From Piromyces finnis finn (Eukaryota; Fungi; Neocallimastigomycota), in NCBI GenBank assembly GCA_002104945.1, contig MCFH01000016.1:248001-312000 (forward strand): a stretch of 64,000 bases of DNA, in the 5' to 3' direction. The notes under the pieces were generated by a model, which worked only from the letters and a program-made list of their open reading frames with translations, was not told the DNA's origin and searched no databases. Made by a program: the position numbers and the translations under genes. Below are positions 1 through 22,705 of this stretch, piece after piece. Numbering within the stretch: the stretch's first letter is position 1; every line of letters begins with the position of its first letter.

Positions 1-516
1 GATAAAGAAAGAATAAAAAGAAAAAAGTCAAAACAATATATATATTATTAAAAGAAACTAAACATTTATGGATAATACATATTAAATACATTACAATAAA
101 TAAATTTGTGAAAAAAAAAAAGAAAACCAAAATCTATTCAAAAGTGCATTTCTTAAATTTTAATTTTGAATTTCAATTTTTATTCATAGCTTCATAATAA
201 TCATTACTTTTAATAATAAACAAACACCAACACCAACACCAACACCAATATATATATATACATATGTATACATAGCAGATATAGTAAGACAAATAATCTC
301 CATATACTAATACATAGAAATATAGAAATATAAATAACAATAAATATAATTATAAATAAAGAAAGATTTATCATTATCAAAGAATCTTTTATTTCATTTT
401 ATAATTTTATTTAATAAATAAAGAGAAAAGTCAGTTATTATTTTTTTTATTTTTTATTCTACAACAATAAAAAATATATATAAAAAATATATTATATATT
501 ATATATAAATATATAA

Positions 517-1283
517 ATGGCATTTCTAAATCAAATTTTACGAATTACAGAAACGAAAATTAATAACTATAAACATATAATAAAAAAACAACTATACTCC
601 AATCAAAATATTTATTTAACAAACTTTCTAAGTAAAATGGTAGTACCAACTTGGATATATCTTATTGTTCTTTTTGGACTCTCTATCCTCACTATTTTGA
701 GGGAACCAATTTATATATGTATATTAGCTGCTATATTAGCTGGTTTAGCTACACACAAACTTATACCGTCATTTAAACCTCAATTAATAAAAGCTCGTTT
801 ATGTGGCACAGATATGCATAAAAAGGACAAACGTTTATTGTAAATATAAATATTACTTTTTTTTTTTATCCATTTAATATTTAATACATGTTTATAATAT
901 TATAATATATTTTTTACTTTTGTTTTTATTTTTTGTTAGCCAACATTTATTTTTAAACCAATACTATTACTATGAAATTTAATGTATAATTTATTTTAAA
1001 ATAATTAATTATAGACCCGAAGCAGTAGGTGTTGTTTCTGGTATGTCTTATATTGTTTGTCTTTGTTTATTAATTCCATTTCCATTTGTAAAGTGGTTTT
1101 TAAATGAAAAAAATGGAAGTCAATTAAACCAGGAAGAATTTCCACATCATAAGGTAAATAAATTTTTATTATATACGAGTAATTAATATTAACAATCAAC
1201 AAATTGCAATTTGTTTTCTATGTAAATTTTTATTAAAAAATAATAAATAAATAAATAAGTGAATAAATAAATAAATAAATGAA

Positions 1284-1318
<35 letters not shown>

Positions 1319-1323
1319 GTGAA

Positions 1324-1354
<31 letters not shown>

Positions 1355-2786
1355 ATGAATAAATAAATGAATAAATAAATAAATAAATAAATGAATAAAT
1401 AAATAAGTGAATAAATAAATGAATAAATAAATAAATAAATGAATAAATAAATGAATAAATAAATAAATAAATGAATAAATAAATGAATAAATAAATAAAT
1501 GAATAAATAAATAAATGTATATATATATATACTATATAATATATCTCTAATAATTATTATGCTATTTAAAGTTTGAAGAATTTATTGCTGGAATTTTATC
1601 TATTGTATCCATGCTTTTCCTTGGTATTATTGATGATGTATTAAACTTAAGATGGAGACAAAAATTATTATTTCCAACAATTGCTACTCTTCCATTATTG
1701 ATGGTATATATCGTTAGTTATGGTGTAACAACAATTGTTGTTCCAATTCCACTTAGACCTATTTTTGGAAGAATTATTGAATTGGGTCCTTTATACTATA
1801 TATATATGGGTATGGTAGCTGTATTTTGTACAAACGCAATCAATATTCATGCTGGTATTAATGGTTTAGAAGTTGGTCAATCTATTGTTATAGCTCTTTC
1901 AATTATTATAAATGATTTCCATTTCTTGCTTACCGGTGCTCAACCAGCTGTAGAAGCTCATACCTTTTCATTATTCTTTTTAATACCATTTGTAGCTGTC
2001 TCTATACCATTGTTATGGTATAATTGGTAAATATTTAGAAAATATTGTTAGCTATATATATATACATTTACTTATATTAAAAATTACATTTTACATTATT
2101 AAAATTTTGATTATCTATTTTTTAACATTAACATTTCTTTTCTTTTAATTTTCTTTTATTAAAAGGTATCCATCTGAAGTTTTTGTTGGCGATTCATTCT
2201 GTTATTTTGCTGGAATGACATTTGCTGTTGTTGGAATTTTAGGACACTTTAGTAAAACCCTTTTATTATTCTTTATTCCACAAATATTCAACTTTTTATA
2301 TTCTTGTCCTCAAATATTTAAGTTGGTAGAATGTCCAAGACATCGTTTACCAGGGTAAATGATACATTTTTGATAATGCTATTTGATAATATATATATAT
2401 TAATTTAATGAAAACTAAATTATATATTTTTTATATATCATTTATTTTTAAATACTTAAACAATATTTAAATAAATAATAAGGTATGATGAAAAGAATAA
2501 TAAATTATACGCTAGTAGAGCTGATCTTACTTTACCAGGTGCTGTTAGTAAATATGGAAAAATAATATTAAAAATATTTGAATTCCTTAGGCTTGTAGAC
2601 ATTGAATATGATGAAAAAACTAAAGAAATGAAATCAGTCAATAATTTTACCTTGTTAAATTTATTTTTAATTAAATTTGGACCAAGATCAGAAAAGAATC
2701 TTGCTTATATGATGATTTTAGTTCAGATTTTATCAAGTGCATTGGCTTTTTTTATTAGATATAAACTTGTAGATTTAGTCTATTAA
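517..2786 (+). CDS. ALG7: UDP-GlcNAc:dolichyl-phosphate GlcNAc-1-phosphotransferase (GPT)
   Basis: Five exons joined at GT-AG sites (517-839, 1015-1153, 1572-2026, 2166-2354, 2483-2786) give one frame. It contains [83 protein letters not shown] and RYKLVDLVY*, all DPAGT1/Alg7 hallmarks. The start may be the second ATG at 637. Confidence 0.96.
1243..1516 (+). repeat. Imperfect (TAAA)n/(TGAA) microsatellite in ALG7 intron 2
   Basis: About 270 bp of TAAA units with interspersed TGAA and GTGAA variants, read directly. Confidence 0.95.
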
Positions 2787-3804
2787 ATCTAATTTAATAA
2801 GAAAGAAATAATTATTAGTATAATAGAAATAATTAAAAATCAATAATAATAACAACAATAACAACAACAACTATTCATTATGTAGATATTATCAAGAAAA
2901 GTAAACAAACAAACAAACAAACAGACAAAAGAAAAACAAAGTAAATACAATAAAAAAACTATTAATGATTACATAAAAATTTTAAATAGAAATAATTAAT
3001 AATCTACCTATATAGAATATTTTTTTTTTTTTTAAAAAAAAAAAAAGTCTTGTATATACGAAAAACATAAAAAAAAAAAAAAATAGAAATAGAAAAAAAT
3101 AATAAATATATTATAAAATTAGATTATGCAATATATTTTTAAATATTAACATATCTTTACATTGAATAACAGAAATTAAATATAACAATAATAAAAATAA
3201 TAAAAATAATACAGTAAAAATAAAAAAATAAAAATAAAAAAATAAAAAATAAAAATAATTTATTCAATTTTTTTTTTTTTTTTTTTTTTTGAGAACTGCT
3301 ACTATGAATTTTCTTTTTTTTTTTTTTAATTTAAATTTTTGTGTATAATTTTATTTTATTTTTTTATGTGTATTTATATACATTATATGATTCAATAAAA
3401 AAATATGGTATATATCTAATAGAAAAAAAAAAAAAAATAAATAAAAAAAATATATATATATTTGTAATCTATACGTATAAAAAGAAAATTTTAAAATAAA
3501 AAAATATATATTAGAAAGAATAGATGATATTAAAAATTTTTTTAAAGTATTTCTATTTCTATTATTTTCTATTATTAAATATTATTATAGTGTTCTAACA
3601 TTTTATAATTTTTTTTCCAACTGTAAAATATCTGAATTATTGTATAATAATTCCCATAAATACTGCCTATTTATATGATATTTTACATCGAATTTGATAT
3701 TCGAAAGATATACCAAAATACATACAATAATAAATATATCAAATTCGTATTCAAAAAGGACCCAGGCGATTGGTATCACTATGAATCTATTTCTATTAAT
3801 ACTT

Positions 3805-12745
<8,941 letters not shown>

Positions 12746-12999
12746 AACCTTATTTTTATTATATATTAATATTAACTTTTATATTTTTTTGACTATTTTC
12801 TATCATTGGTTTTATTTATTTTCATAATATAATACTAACTACTAAATGTGAAATTAATTAACTTTATGTATTTAGATTTTAAGAGAGTAATTATATATAA
12901 TATTATTTCTATCAATCTAATTTTCATATAGTAGTTTGCATAAATATATATATATTATCTGAGAAGGAGAAGTATTTTAAAAAATATTGAAAATTGTAT

Positions 13000-13150
<151 letters not shown>

Positions 13151-13279
13151 TACTGAATCTTTTTATTTAATTGGCTATAAAAGGAGAAATGTTAATTGTT
13201 TTATATTTGAATTGTCAATAAATCATTTTTAATAATTAAAAATATTTATTTATATTAATAAAAAGAAATAAAAAATAAT

Positions 13280-14230
13280 ATGGGCCAAAATCAATCACTT
13301 TTAGAAGATTTAGAAAAGAACACCAACTGTAAATATTAAACCTATTATTTAATATAAAATAAAGATAAGAGGGTTGTTAAATTTAAATAACATTATAATA
13401 ATAAAATGAACGAACAAACCAACCAACCAATAAACAAAAATTATAATTTGTTTTAATTTTGTTTTTAAAATATATATTATATTATTTATTTATATATTAT
13501 CATTATTACTTTTCGTTTAGTAATAACAATTTTGTTTATATACATATTTACATATATATTTATATTTTATAAAATATAAATCAAATTGAAAAATATTTTC
13601 TATAGTCACTGCTGAAGAAATTCATCGTATATATAAGCGTTTTAGCAAGCTTGATAAAGATGGAAATGGTTCAATTGATAAGAATGAATTCCTTATGTTA
13701 CCACAATTATCTTCAAATCCTTTAGCTCATCGTTTAATTGATATTCTTGATGAAGATGGTGGTGGTGATGTAGATTTTGTTGAATTTATTAAAGGTTTAT
13801 CAGCTTTCAGTGAAAAGGGAAATGAAGAAGAAAAGTTAAAATGTAAATCTAAAATAATCTTAAATTATTTCATATTATTAATTCAATTACTTATACTTTA
13901 GTTTTATTTATAATTTTCTTTTTTTTTTTTTTTTTTTATTTATAATTTTATTTATTTTATTTTATATTATTTCAAATGAAAAAAAAAGTTGCTTTCAGAG
14001 TTTATGATATGGATAGAGATGGCTACATTTCAAACGGTGAATTATTTATTGTTTTACAAATGATGGTTGGTAGTAATTTAAGAGATGATCAACTCCAACA
14101 AATTGTTGATAAAACTATTATGGAAGCTGATAAAGATGGTGATGGCAAATTAAGTTATGCTGAATTTTTAGATATGATTAAAGACACTGATATTGTTAGA
14201 CAAATGACCTTACAAAGCTCAATGTTTTAA
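13280..14230 (+). CDS. CNB1: Calcineurin regulatory subunit B
   Basis: Exons 13280-13328, 13606-13842 and 13989-14230 give MGQNQS (myristoylation Gly), [56 protein letters not shown] and [15 protein letters not shown], i.e. four EF hands. Confidence 0.98.
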
Positions 14231-14726
14231 TTGATAATCATCTTAAAAATTTCTAAATTATTATAATATAATAATTATTATAATCAAAATTCCATTAAAG
14301 TGGCCTAATTAAAAAAAATAAAAAATCATTTATCAATTCAATTTATCAAAAATATACAATTTAAACACAATAATACCACATCAAATCAATTATCAAATTT
14401 ATAAATTAAAAAACTTAAAAATCCGAAAATTTAAAAATTATAAATTATATATATATATTTTTAAAAAAAGAAATTTAATAAATAATATTTCTAATTACAA
14501 AATAAAATTCTTCAGTATCAAGTTTTTTTTTTTTTTTTTTTAATAATAAATAGTGTTTTATTTTTTTTTATTTTATTATTTTGTTTAATTTTAATTTTCT
14601 GTTTATATAAAGGATTTTTTATATAATATGTGTAATTGAATTAAGATTTTTTTTTTTTTTTTTTAGTATTTAAATTGTTTTGATAATATTGTGTTTCAAT
14701 GTATACTGGTTCTTATAGTAATATAT

Positions 14727-15088
14727 TTAAGAATAATACATTTCAAGATTCATTCCATCATGAATTTCGTAATCATCTAAGGTAATATGGTCTTTATAAG
14801 TACTGTACCATTTTTTTAAAATGATTTTTTCTGGCTTAGTACCAGTTTGAGCAGCAATTAACTTTTTTAAATCACCAATAGTATCTTCCGGCATACATTT
14901 AACACGAACTATTTAATATTTAATTATAAACAAATAATATATATTTATTTAATTATATTTTAATATACAAATATATTTATCTTTAAAATTTTGAATTTAA
15001 CAATATTTTATATATAATAATAACAACAATACTTTTTTATCTATTTACCTTTTTTACCAAGACGATCGTTTACTATTATTTCTATCAT
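14727..15088 (-). CDS. UBL5: Ubiquitin-like protein 5 / Hub1
   Basis: Exons 15088-15049 and 14908-14727 read [73 protein letters not shown], with the C-terminal di-tyrosine. Missed by the ORF track. Confidence 0.98.
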
Positions 15089-15309
15089 TTTTTTACTATA
15101 TTATTATTTTTTTTTTTTGAAAAATATATTTTATTAAATTTGTTTTAAATTATTTTAATATTAATTTTTAAAATATTAATAGTAATTTTTATTGGTTAAT
15201 ATTAATATATCAATTAAACTTTTGTATATATAATAGTACATTATTTTTATATTACAGTCTTAAATATAAATTTACCTTTTTATAAAAAATCTAAAAAAAA
15301 AAGGTAAAA

Positions 15310-16751
15310 TTATTGTGGTAGTTCTGCTCTACAGCTATTATTATGAGATTATAGTTTAAAAGGAAAAAAAAAAATGAATATATTTATATATTTAGATTTT
15401 TTCAATAAAATTTATATATTTTTATGCTTACACAGGACATTCCATTTTAATGTTCTAATTTTATATTTATTAATTATTAATTAGCAATTAAAAATATATT
15501 ACACTATTTATAATTTTTTAATATACATACCATCCAATGTTTTAAACATTCTGTATGGAATATATGATGACATGGTGTAACCATATAATCTTTATTATTA
15601 ACCTTATTATTTTCTACTATATTTGTAAAGCAAATTGCACATTCTTGATTTACATAAATTCCTTCCAAAGGAGATGACACTGAAGTATCATTTGCATCTA
15701 CATGTTCTCCTTCTTCTTCTTCTTTTTCATTATAAATAGGTAATATTGGATGGTAATTATATCTTTGTGGAAGGAACTAATTTTTTTTTTAAAAAAAATA
15801 ATACAAAAAAATTTTTAATATTATTTCAAATATATAATAATGATTAATTAATTAATATCATCATAGTAATATTTATAATTTTTATTTATACCTTTTCCGG
15901 TATCAAGAACAAAGGTCCATATTTATTTTGAAGAGATAGTATTAACACTTGTAAAAATGTATAAGCAATAATAATATATATAAAATTTATGTTGAACTGA
16001 TCTATATTTATATTAATGTCTAGATTATATATAAAAACTAAAACATATAGTTGAACAATTGACATTCCATATAAGTATATTTTTGATAATGGCTTTTCTG
16101 CATTATTTTTGACATTACTAATTCATTAAAATTTTTGAATATATAATTAATTATTATATTATTACATTAATTATTTAAAAATGAGAATGAAATAGATATT
16201 TACTATATAATTTGGGGTATCCAATATGAATAGAGAATAAACATTATGATATAAAATGCTATTAATCTTCCATTTAATAATGTCAATATAAATATTTGAC
16301 CAACAAATGCAAACAACCCTATTAATATTAAAACAGTTAATAAATATTATAAATAATAATTTACTACTTTATCATTTATTAAAGCACTTACAATAACATA
16401 TTAATAAAATATTTGAATTTCCGCTATTATTTACATTGACATATCTATCGATGACTTTCATAATATAAATTCTTTCGAAAAATATAAATGAAATTCCTTT
16501 AAAAGATGCTGCTGTAATATATAATGTTGAATTATATCCATCAACTAAATATAAAATTTTATATTAATAACTTTTAGTTATTTAAAGTTATTAATAATAT
16601 TAATTCAATAACTATTTAAAATACCTGATGTTCCCATTAATATATTAACGGTAATGACTATTAAGTTTAAAAAGGAAACCATGATTTGTGATATTCCAGA
16701 AATTTTTGATAATGACTTACATTATAATATAAAAAAAAATAAATATTTGAG

Positions 16752-16809
<58 letters not shown>

Positions 16810-18427
16810 GAAAAAAGAAAAAATTACTGGTTGAGAAGGTGTGTGTTTTTGTTGTATTCCATATAGAATTATTGTTGCTAAAGTTGTAAATATTGAACCT
16901 ACTGTTGTATAGGTATATTTCAATATAATATTTTCTATTTTTTTTCCTTTGGCGTTATTATCTAATTTTAAATATAATTTACAATTTTCTGAGTATAATA
17001 AACTATCCCCTTCTAGAGGAGGTGCTGTTTTTAATAATGGCTTTATTCCTGTTGGCTTTTTAAGTTCTTTAATAAAAAAAGAATTATATTAAAAGTTTTT
17101 TTTATTAAGATTTTTAAATATTATTTGAAATTTATTATTTATTTTTACTATAATATTATAACAAAATAATGATAATAACCTTTTTCATATTCTAATAATT
17201 CACTGTCAGTAGTGTTAACAGATTTTAGTTTGAAAAATATATTAAATTTGCAATTAGAGGGATTTTCGTCATCATAATCATCTTCAGACGTACTGCTTGT
17301 ATTATTATAGACTATTTATATATATATTATTAAAATTTAACCCTTTTAATTTAAATAGAAATGTTTAAATTTAATAAAAATATACATTTTTCAACTGCAT
17401 TAGGATTTTTTTCAATAAGATTATTTAATTCTTCAATATCTTGTTTTAATCTTTCTTGAATAACTTTAACTGTATTATTGAAGTAGAATTCTGAATGCAT
17501 CATTAAAGAAATTTCTTTTAATGGAAATGAATCTCTATATAAATTTATATAACAATTAATAATTATTAATATTACTAATATTATATTTTTAATATACTTA
17601 ATAATAAATTAAGAATATAATTACTTTAAAGGAATACCATAAAGAGCAATATATCCATCTGAAATAAAATGAACCCCTTTAACATTCATTGTATAATCTT
17701 TTTTATTTTTAATTTTAACGTATCCCTTCAATTTGTAAAGATAATAAATAATATTTTCATTTATCATTATTTTTATTGTTTTATTGAAATAAAATTAAGA
17801 AATGTAGTAAATGTTAAATAATATTACTATTTTCTATTTTAAAAAAAATTACCTCAACAAAATTAATATCTTCGCTTATTGTTTCATTTTCAAAAATATT
17901 ATATAAAATTGAGCCATTTTTATAATCAAAACTACCTCTTTCAATATCAATTTCAGTTTTATTATAATTATCATTAATTAACAATGTTTGATTTGACCAT
18001 GTACCTAATAAAAATAATACCGACATAAAAAATATTTGAATTTTTTATTTCCTTTTAAAATTTTAAATTAGTATTTTACAATGTTATACCTGAAAAGGCT
18101 CCTGTAACATTATGATAATAAACTGGATTTTCAATTTTTCTTTCAAAAAATTTATTTAAATCTTTCTGAATTTCTGTAAAATTCCTCTTTTTATGAATAA
18201 TTTAAATTATATTTTAATAACACTTTGTTATCCTTGCTTAATATATAGAAATTATTATTATCATTATTATTTACCACATCTCCGAAATTCAGTTTATTAA
18301 GTGTATAAATAGTATTATTTAAGCGTTCTCTTAATTCTACTAAACTAATTGTCTCATAATCTGAATGAATTATTTGATAGAAAACATACACAAAAAATAA
18401 TACATATATTATATTTTTCCAATTCAT
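15310..18427 (-). CDS. TUL1: Transmembrane RING-H2 E3 ubiquitin ligase, Tul1/Dsc1 family
   Basis: Multi-exon. N-terminal signal/anchor, then a luminal domain (VKGVHFISDG; CKFNIFF..ELKKPTG..APPLEGDSLLYSENC), HTPSQP|SLSKIS and several TM helices. The C-terminal RING reads CAICF..YMVTPCHHIFHTECLKHWMNIKMECPVCRAELPQ*, split over exons ending 15531, 15454-15432 and 15334-15310. Confidence 0.88.
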
Positions 18428-18539
18428 ATTAAAAAACTTTTTACATTTAATTCTTTAATTTTAAAATCAAAATTTCATTTGCTTTTCCTTCTTCTTTTGA
18501 ATTTTTAAACTTTATTATTTTTTTTTTTATCAATTTTTA

Positions 18540-18577
<38 letters not shown>

Positions 18578-18848
18578 AAAATTTGAAGATTTTTATTATA
18601 TAAACTTTTTAATAATTTACCAAAAAAGTTAATTTATTTAAAATTTTTCATTATAACAAATAATCATTTTTTTAGGCTTAATTTTGGAGAAATATTATAA
18701 AACATTTTTAATTATATAATAATAGATTTCTTTTATTTTATTATTATGTCTTTACATCTTACATTTATAATATTTTAAAAGTAGTAGAAAAAAAATTATG
18801 TAATAGATTTATATATTTAAAATTTCAGGTAGCCTTTGAAATAATGAA

Positions 18849-21226
18849 TTATTCATAATCTTTAACATTTTCATCATTATCATATTCTTCTAATGGCTTT
18901 TCTTTTGCAATTAAAGTTTTTTGATATTTTCTTTTTTGATATTCTTGATTAGCCTTTTATAAAACAACAACAATAATAATAATAATAATAATAATATGTA
19001 AATATTTAAATCTATTTTAATTTATACGGAAATATTAAATATTATTTATATTAAAAATTAAAATACCTCTCTTTGTGTGAAATAAAAATCAATTGCATCT
19101 TCATCCATGGCTGTGTTATTTGGGTTTTCTTTAATTGCATTTTGCATGATTGGAACACTTTTGGTTGCTTGTTTATTAATTGATTGACCATTATCTTGTG
19201 CATTTTGGGCTTCTGCCATTTTTTTGAAGAGTGAAACTTTACCCTTCTTTCTTGGCGTTGTTTCTCTATAATTATTATTTACATTATGTTCTTGAACTAC
19301 AGATTTAACACCAGCTAATATTTTGAAATAAAATGATATAAAATTCGATAGAATTATTTAATTTAATAAAATACATTAAATAAACATGTAAAGTAAAATA
19401 ACAAAATATTGATATTATATAAATGCTGTAGTTTTTTAATACCTGTAATTGTTTGTTCTTTAACTATATTTTTCATTACTGGCTTTGGATTTGATACAAC
19501 AATATCCTTTTTAATAGAAGATTGTTCAATGTTTTCTACAATATCTTGCTTTTTACGTTGTTCCATCATATGACTTTTAAATAGGGATGACTTTTTCTTT
19601 TTTGGTTGCTTAGGTTTTATATTAGCTATATAACTGTTTTCTTTTACCTTCTTTTCAACTACATTAGAAGTAAATGGTGATGAAGAAATTGGAGTCTCTT
19701 TAACAGTTTCTTTAACAGTATTGTTCTTTTGGGTATTTTCTGGTTCAACTATTTCATTATTTTTATCTTTTTGTTCTAATTCTGATTTATTTTTTTTTGC
19801 TTGTTCATTAATTTGATATATATGTTTGTAAATATCTGCTGGGTTTCTAATTTGTGACATATCTATGAAGTCCTTTTTATTATTATCATTATTTTCTTCT
19901 TTATTTATCTTTTTTATTTCTTTTTCTTTATATAAATTGAATTTTTCTTTTAATTGCTCAAAATTAACATCTTCATCTTCATCTTGTTCTTCGTCTTCTT
20001 CATCAGAATCCGCTTTCTTTTTACCTTTTTCATCTTCGCCATTATCTTCGTCGTATTCCTTTAATGATTTTATAAACTCTTCATATTCTTTTTCTTTATT
20101 CTTTTCATTTTCCATTTCTTCTTCTAATTCTGCTTGTTGTAACATTTTGAAAATTGCTTCATCTTCAGCACTAAGTTGCTTTTTCTTTTTTCCCTCATCT
20201 TTCATATCAATATGAATCTTTGAAGTTTTATCAGTTATTTCTTTAATAAAAAAAAATTAAATAAATAGAATTAAATTATAAATTATTATTGAATTTAATA
20301 ATACTAAAGTTATAAAATAAATTATTACCGTTGAGTTTTGCTTCTTCATCTTCATCATAATCTTCACGAATTTCAACATAATTCATACCTTCTTCATTTA
20401 ACTTTTGTTATACATATATATGAAATTAGAATTAATTATACATATAAAAAAAATAAATATAATAAAAGATAATAAATAGAAAATTATTATATTAAATTTA
20501 CTTCGTCATGTTTTATTGGTAAACTTTTTTCTGTTAATTTAACCTTTTGTTCTAATTCTTTTTTATCCTTTTTTAATTTATAAATATTTTCATTTACAAC
20601 TAATAATGTTATATTGATTAATTATATTTTCTTAAAATAAAAATTTATATTAATTAACTATTTTACATTTTAATCTTCTATCAACAATTTCACAAGATTG
20701 TTTTGCTGAACGTTCAACAAACCAATTATCACCAAGTAAAACAAGAATTTCATTAGTATGAATTAATTTTCCTGGGAAAAAGGCTAATTTACTGAATGGA
20801 ATCTTTTTTTAAATATTATTAATTTTTTATGTATTTATTGAGGAATAATTTATTTATGGCCATATATATAAGTCAATATATATATATATTGAAATTTTAG
20901 ATTTATATATATATTTTGTTTCATATTACCATAGCTTCATGTTGAATTTCGTTTGGTAAATCTTTTAATACTTTCTTTAAGTTAATATAATCATTCTTAT
21001 ATTCATCCCATTTTTTTATATTGGCATTAGTGTCTTTAATTGACTAGAAAATGAAATTGAGAAAAAAAAATAAAAATAAAATGAATTTTTTAATTTCAAT
21101 AAACTTTTTTTACTTTTTTTTTTTTCTAATTATTTTTATGACAATAAGAATATATCATTTTACTTTATTGAGTGCATTTTGATAAATTTCAATTTCTTTT
21201 GATGAAACAACTTTATTTATATCCAT
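18849..21226 (-). CDS. URI1: Unconventional prefoldin RPB5 interactor (URI1/Bud27)
   Basis: Alpha-prefoldin N-domain EAM|IPFSKLAFFPGKLIHTNEILVLLGDNWFVERSAKQ, acidic middle region, and C-terminal SSLFKSHM and KVSLFKKM motifs. Ends DFYFTQRE|ANQEYQKR...DYE*. Confidence 0.92.
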
Positions 21227-22122
21227 TATTAACTATATTCTTCTTTTTCCAAGTCTATATCAATGTATATATCTTAAAAAATTTAAAAAAAAAAAATTAT
21301 ATATATTTAAAAGTTTTTATTTAAAAATTATTATTTTATATTTGATTGGGTATTTTGGATATTTAACATTAAACATTTTATATTAATAAGAAAATTTGGA
21401 TTATACACATTAAAATTTTTAAAAATATAATTATTATAAATTTTTTTAAACCTGGAAAAAAAAAAAAAAAAAACAATTTATTATAAGTAACATTAAAAAG
21501 CAATAACAGTATAACAACAACAACAACAACAACATTTTATGTATATATTTCATAATTTATTTTCAGAAATAACTTTATTTACAAAACAACTTTATATTTA
21601 TTAATAAAAATACAATATAATGAAGAATATATAAAAATAGTTAATATATAAAAAGGTATATCTATAAAATATATAAATATAACACAATGAATTTTGAAAT
21701 CCAAATTTTAAAATTAATATAAATAGTATATAATATTTGGTTTAAATATTATTAAAAAATAAAATATACGGAGGAATAATAATATAATTATATAACAAAT
21801 GACATTTTCAAAAATAAAATAATAATATTAAAAGAATTAAATTTCTCATTATTAATTTCAAATTTCATAAATACAATATCAAATATAAAATATTTAAATT
21901 ATTATATAATACTTATAATATATATATATAAATATTTTATGTTTATTATTAATATTATTATTTTATAATATTAAATAATTATTCAAATACTTTTATTTCC
22001 TACTATTCTATTATTTCTGTCATTATTGTTATTATTTATTTATTTATATATTTATTTATTTAAAAATATATTTTGTTAATTTACATAAAGCATAAAGGAT
22101 AAAAGAATATATATAATAAATA

Positions 22123-22670
22123 ATGTCATTATTACAGGAAAATACCAATAATATAAATATACATGATTTAAGTTTACAAAATAACCAAAATAATCAAAAA
22201 TGGAATGAAAGACAAAAATTTTTTTCCTCAAATTCTTTTGTTCCAGTATCAGCACTCTCATTTGATGCCTATGAAGAATTATTATGGTGTGGAAGTGAAT
22301 TAGTAAATTTCATTTTAGTTATCTTTATTATGGAATAATATTATCAAAAGTTTTTTACATTTCAAATAATATATATAATAAATCAATAGAAAAAAGAGTA
22401 ATTGAAGCTAAAGTAATTAATTAATTAAATTAATAAAATTATTTATAAATAGGGAAGATTATCTTCATACTTTTATAATGAAGGACAATTTATGAATTAT
22501 ACTAGTTTTAAAAGTCATAATTCTCAAGTTAGACAAATATTGTCAACAGATGCAGGCGTTTTTTCGTTATCATCAGGAAATATCCGTTTAACAAGTAGAA
22601 GAGGATTACAAAAATGGGATTATACGTAATTTTATATTCTTATATAATAAATTAAAAAATATAAAGTATT

Positions 22671-22705
<35 letters not shown>

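Noticed and set aside
3689-3748. 12-bp inverted repeat in the SNF2 gene 3' region
   Set aside because: Short stem with a long loop, within chance expectation at this AT content.
16654-16866. ORFs with poly-Ile (16654-16866) or poly-Phe (33209-33391)
   Set aside because: Produced by (ATA)n and poly-A/T tracts inside introns.
13280-21226. Adding CNB1 and URI1 (a PP1-gamma binder in mammals) to the phosphatase-regulator cluster
   Set aside because: They sit in the housekeeping block over 20 kb away; CNB1 serves a different phosphatase, and no RVxF was verified in this URI1.
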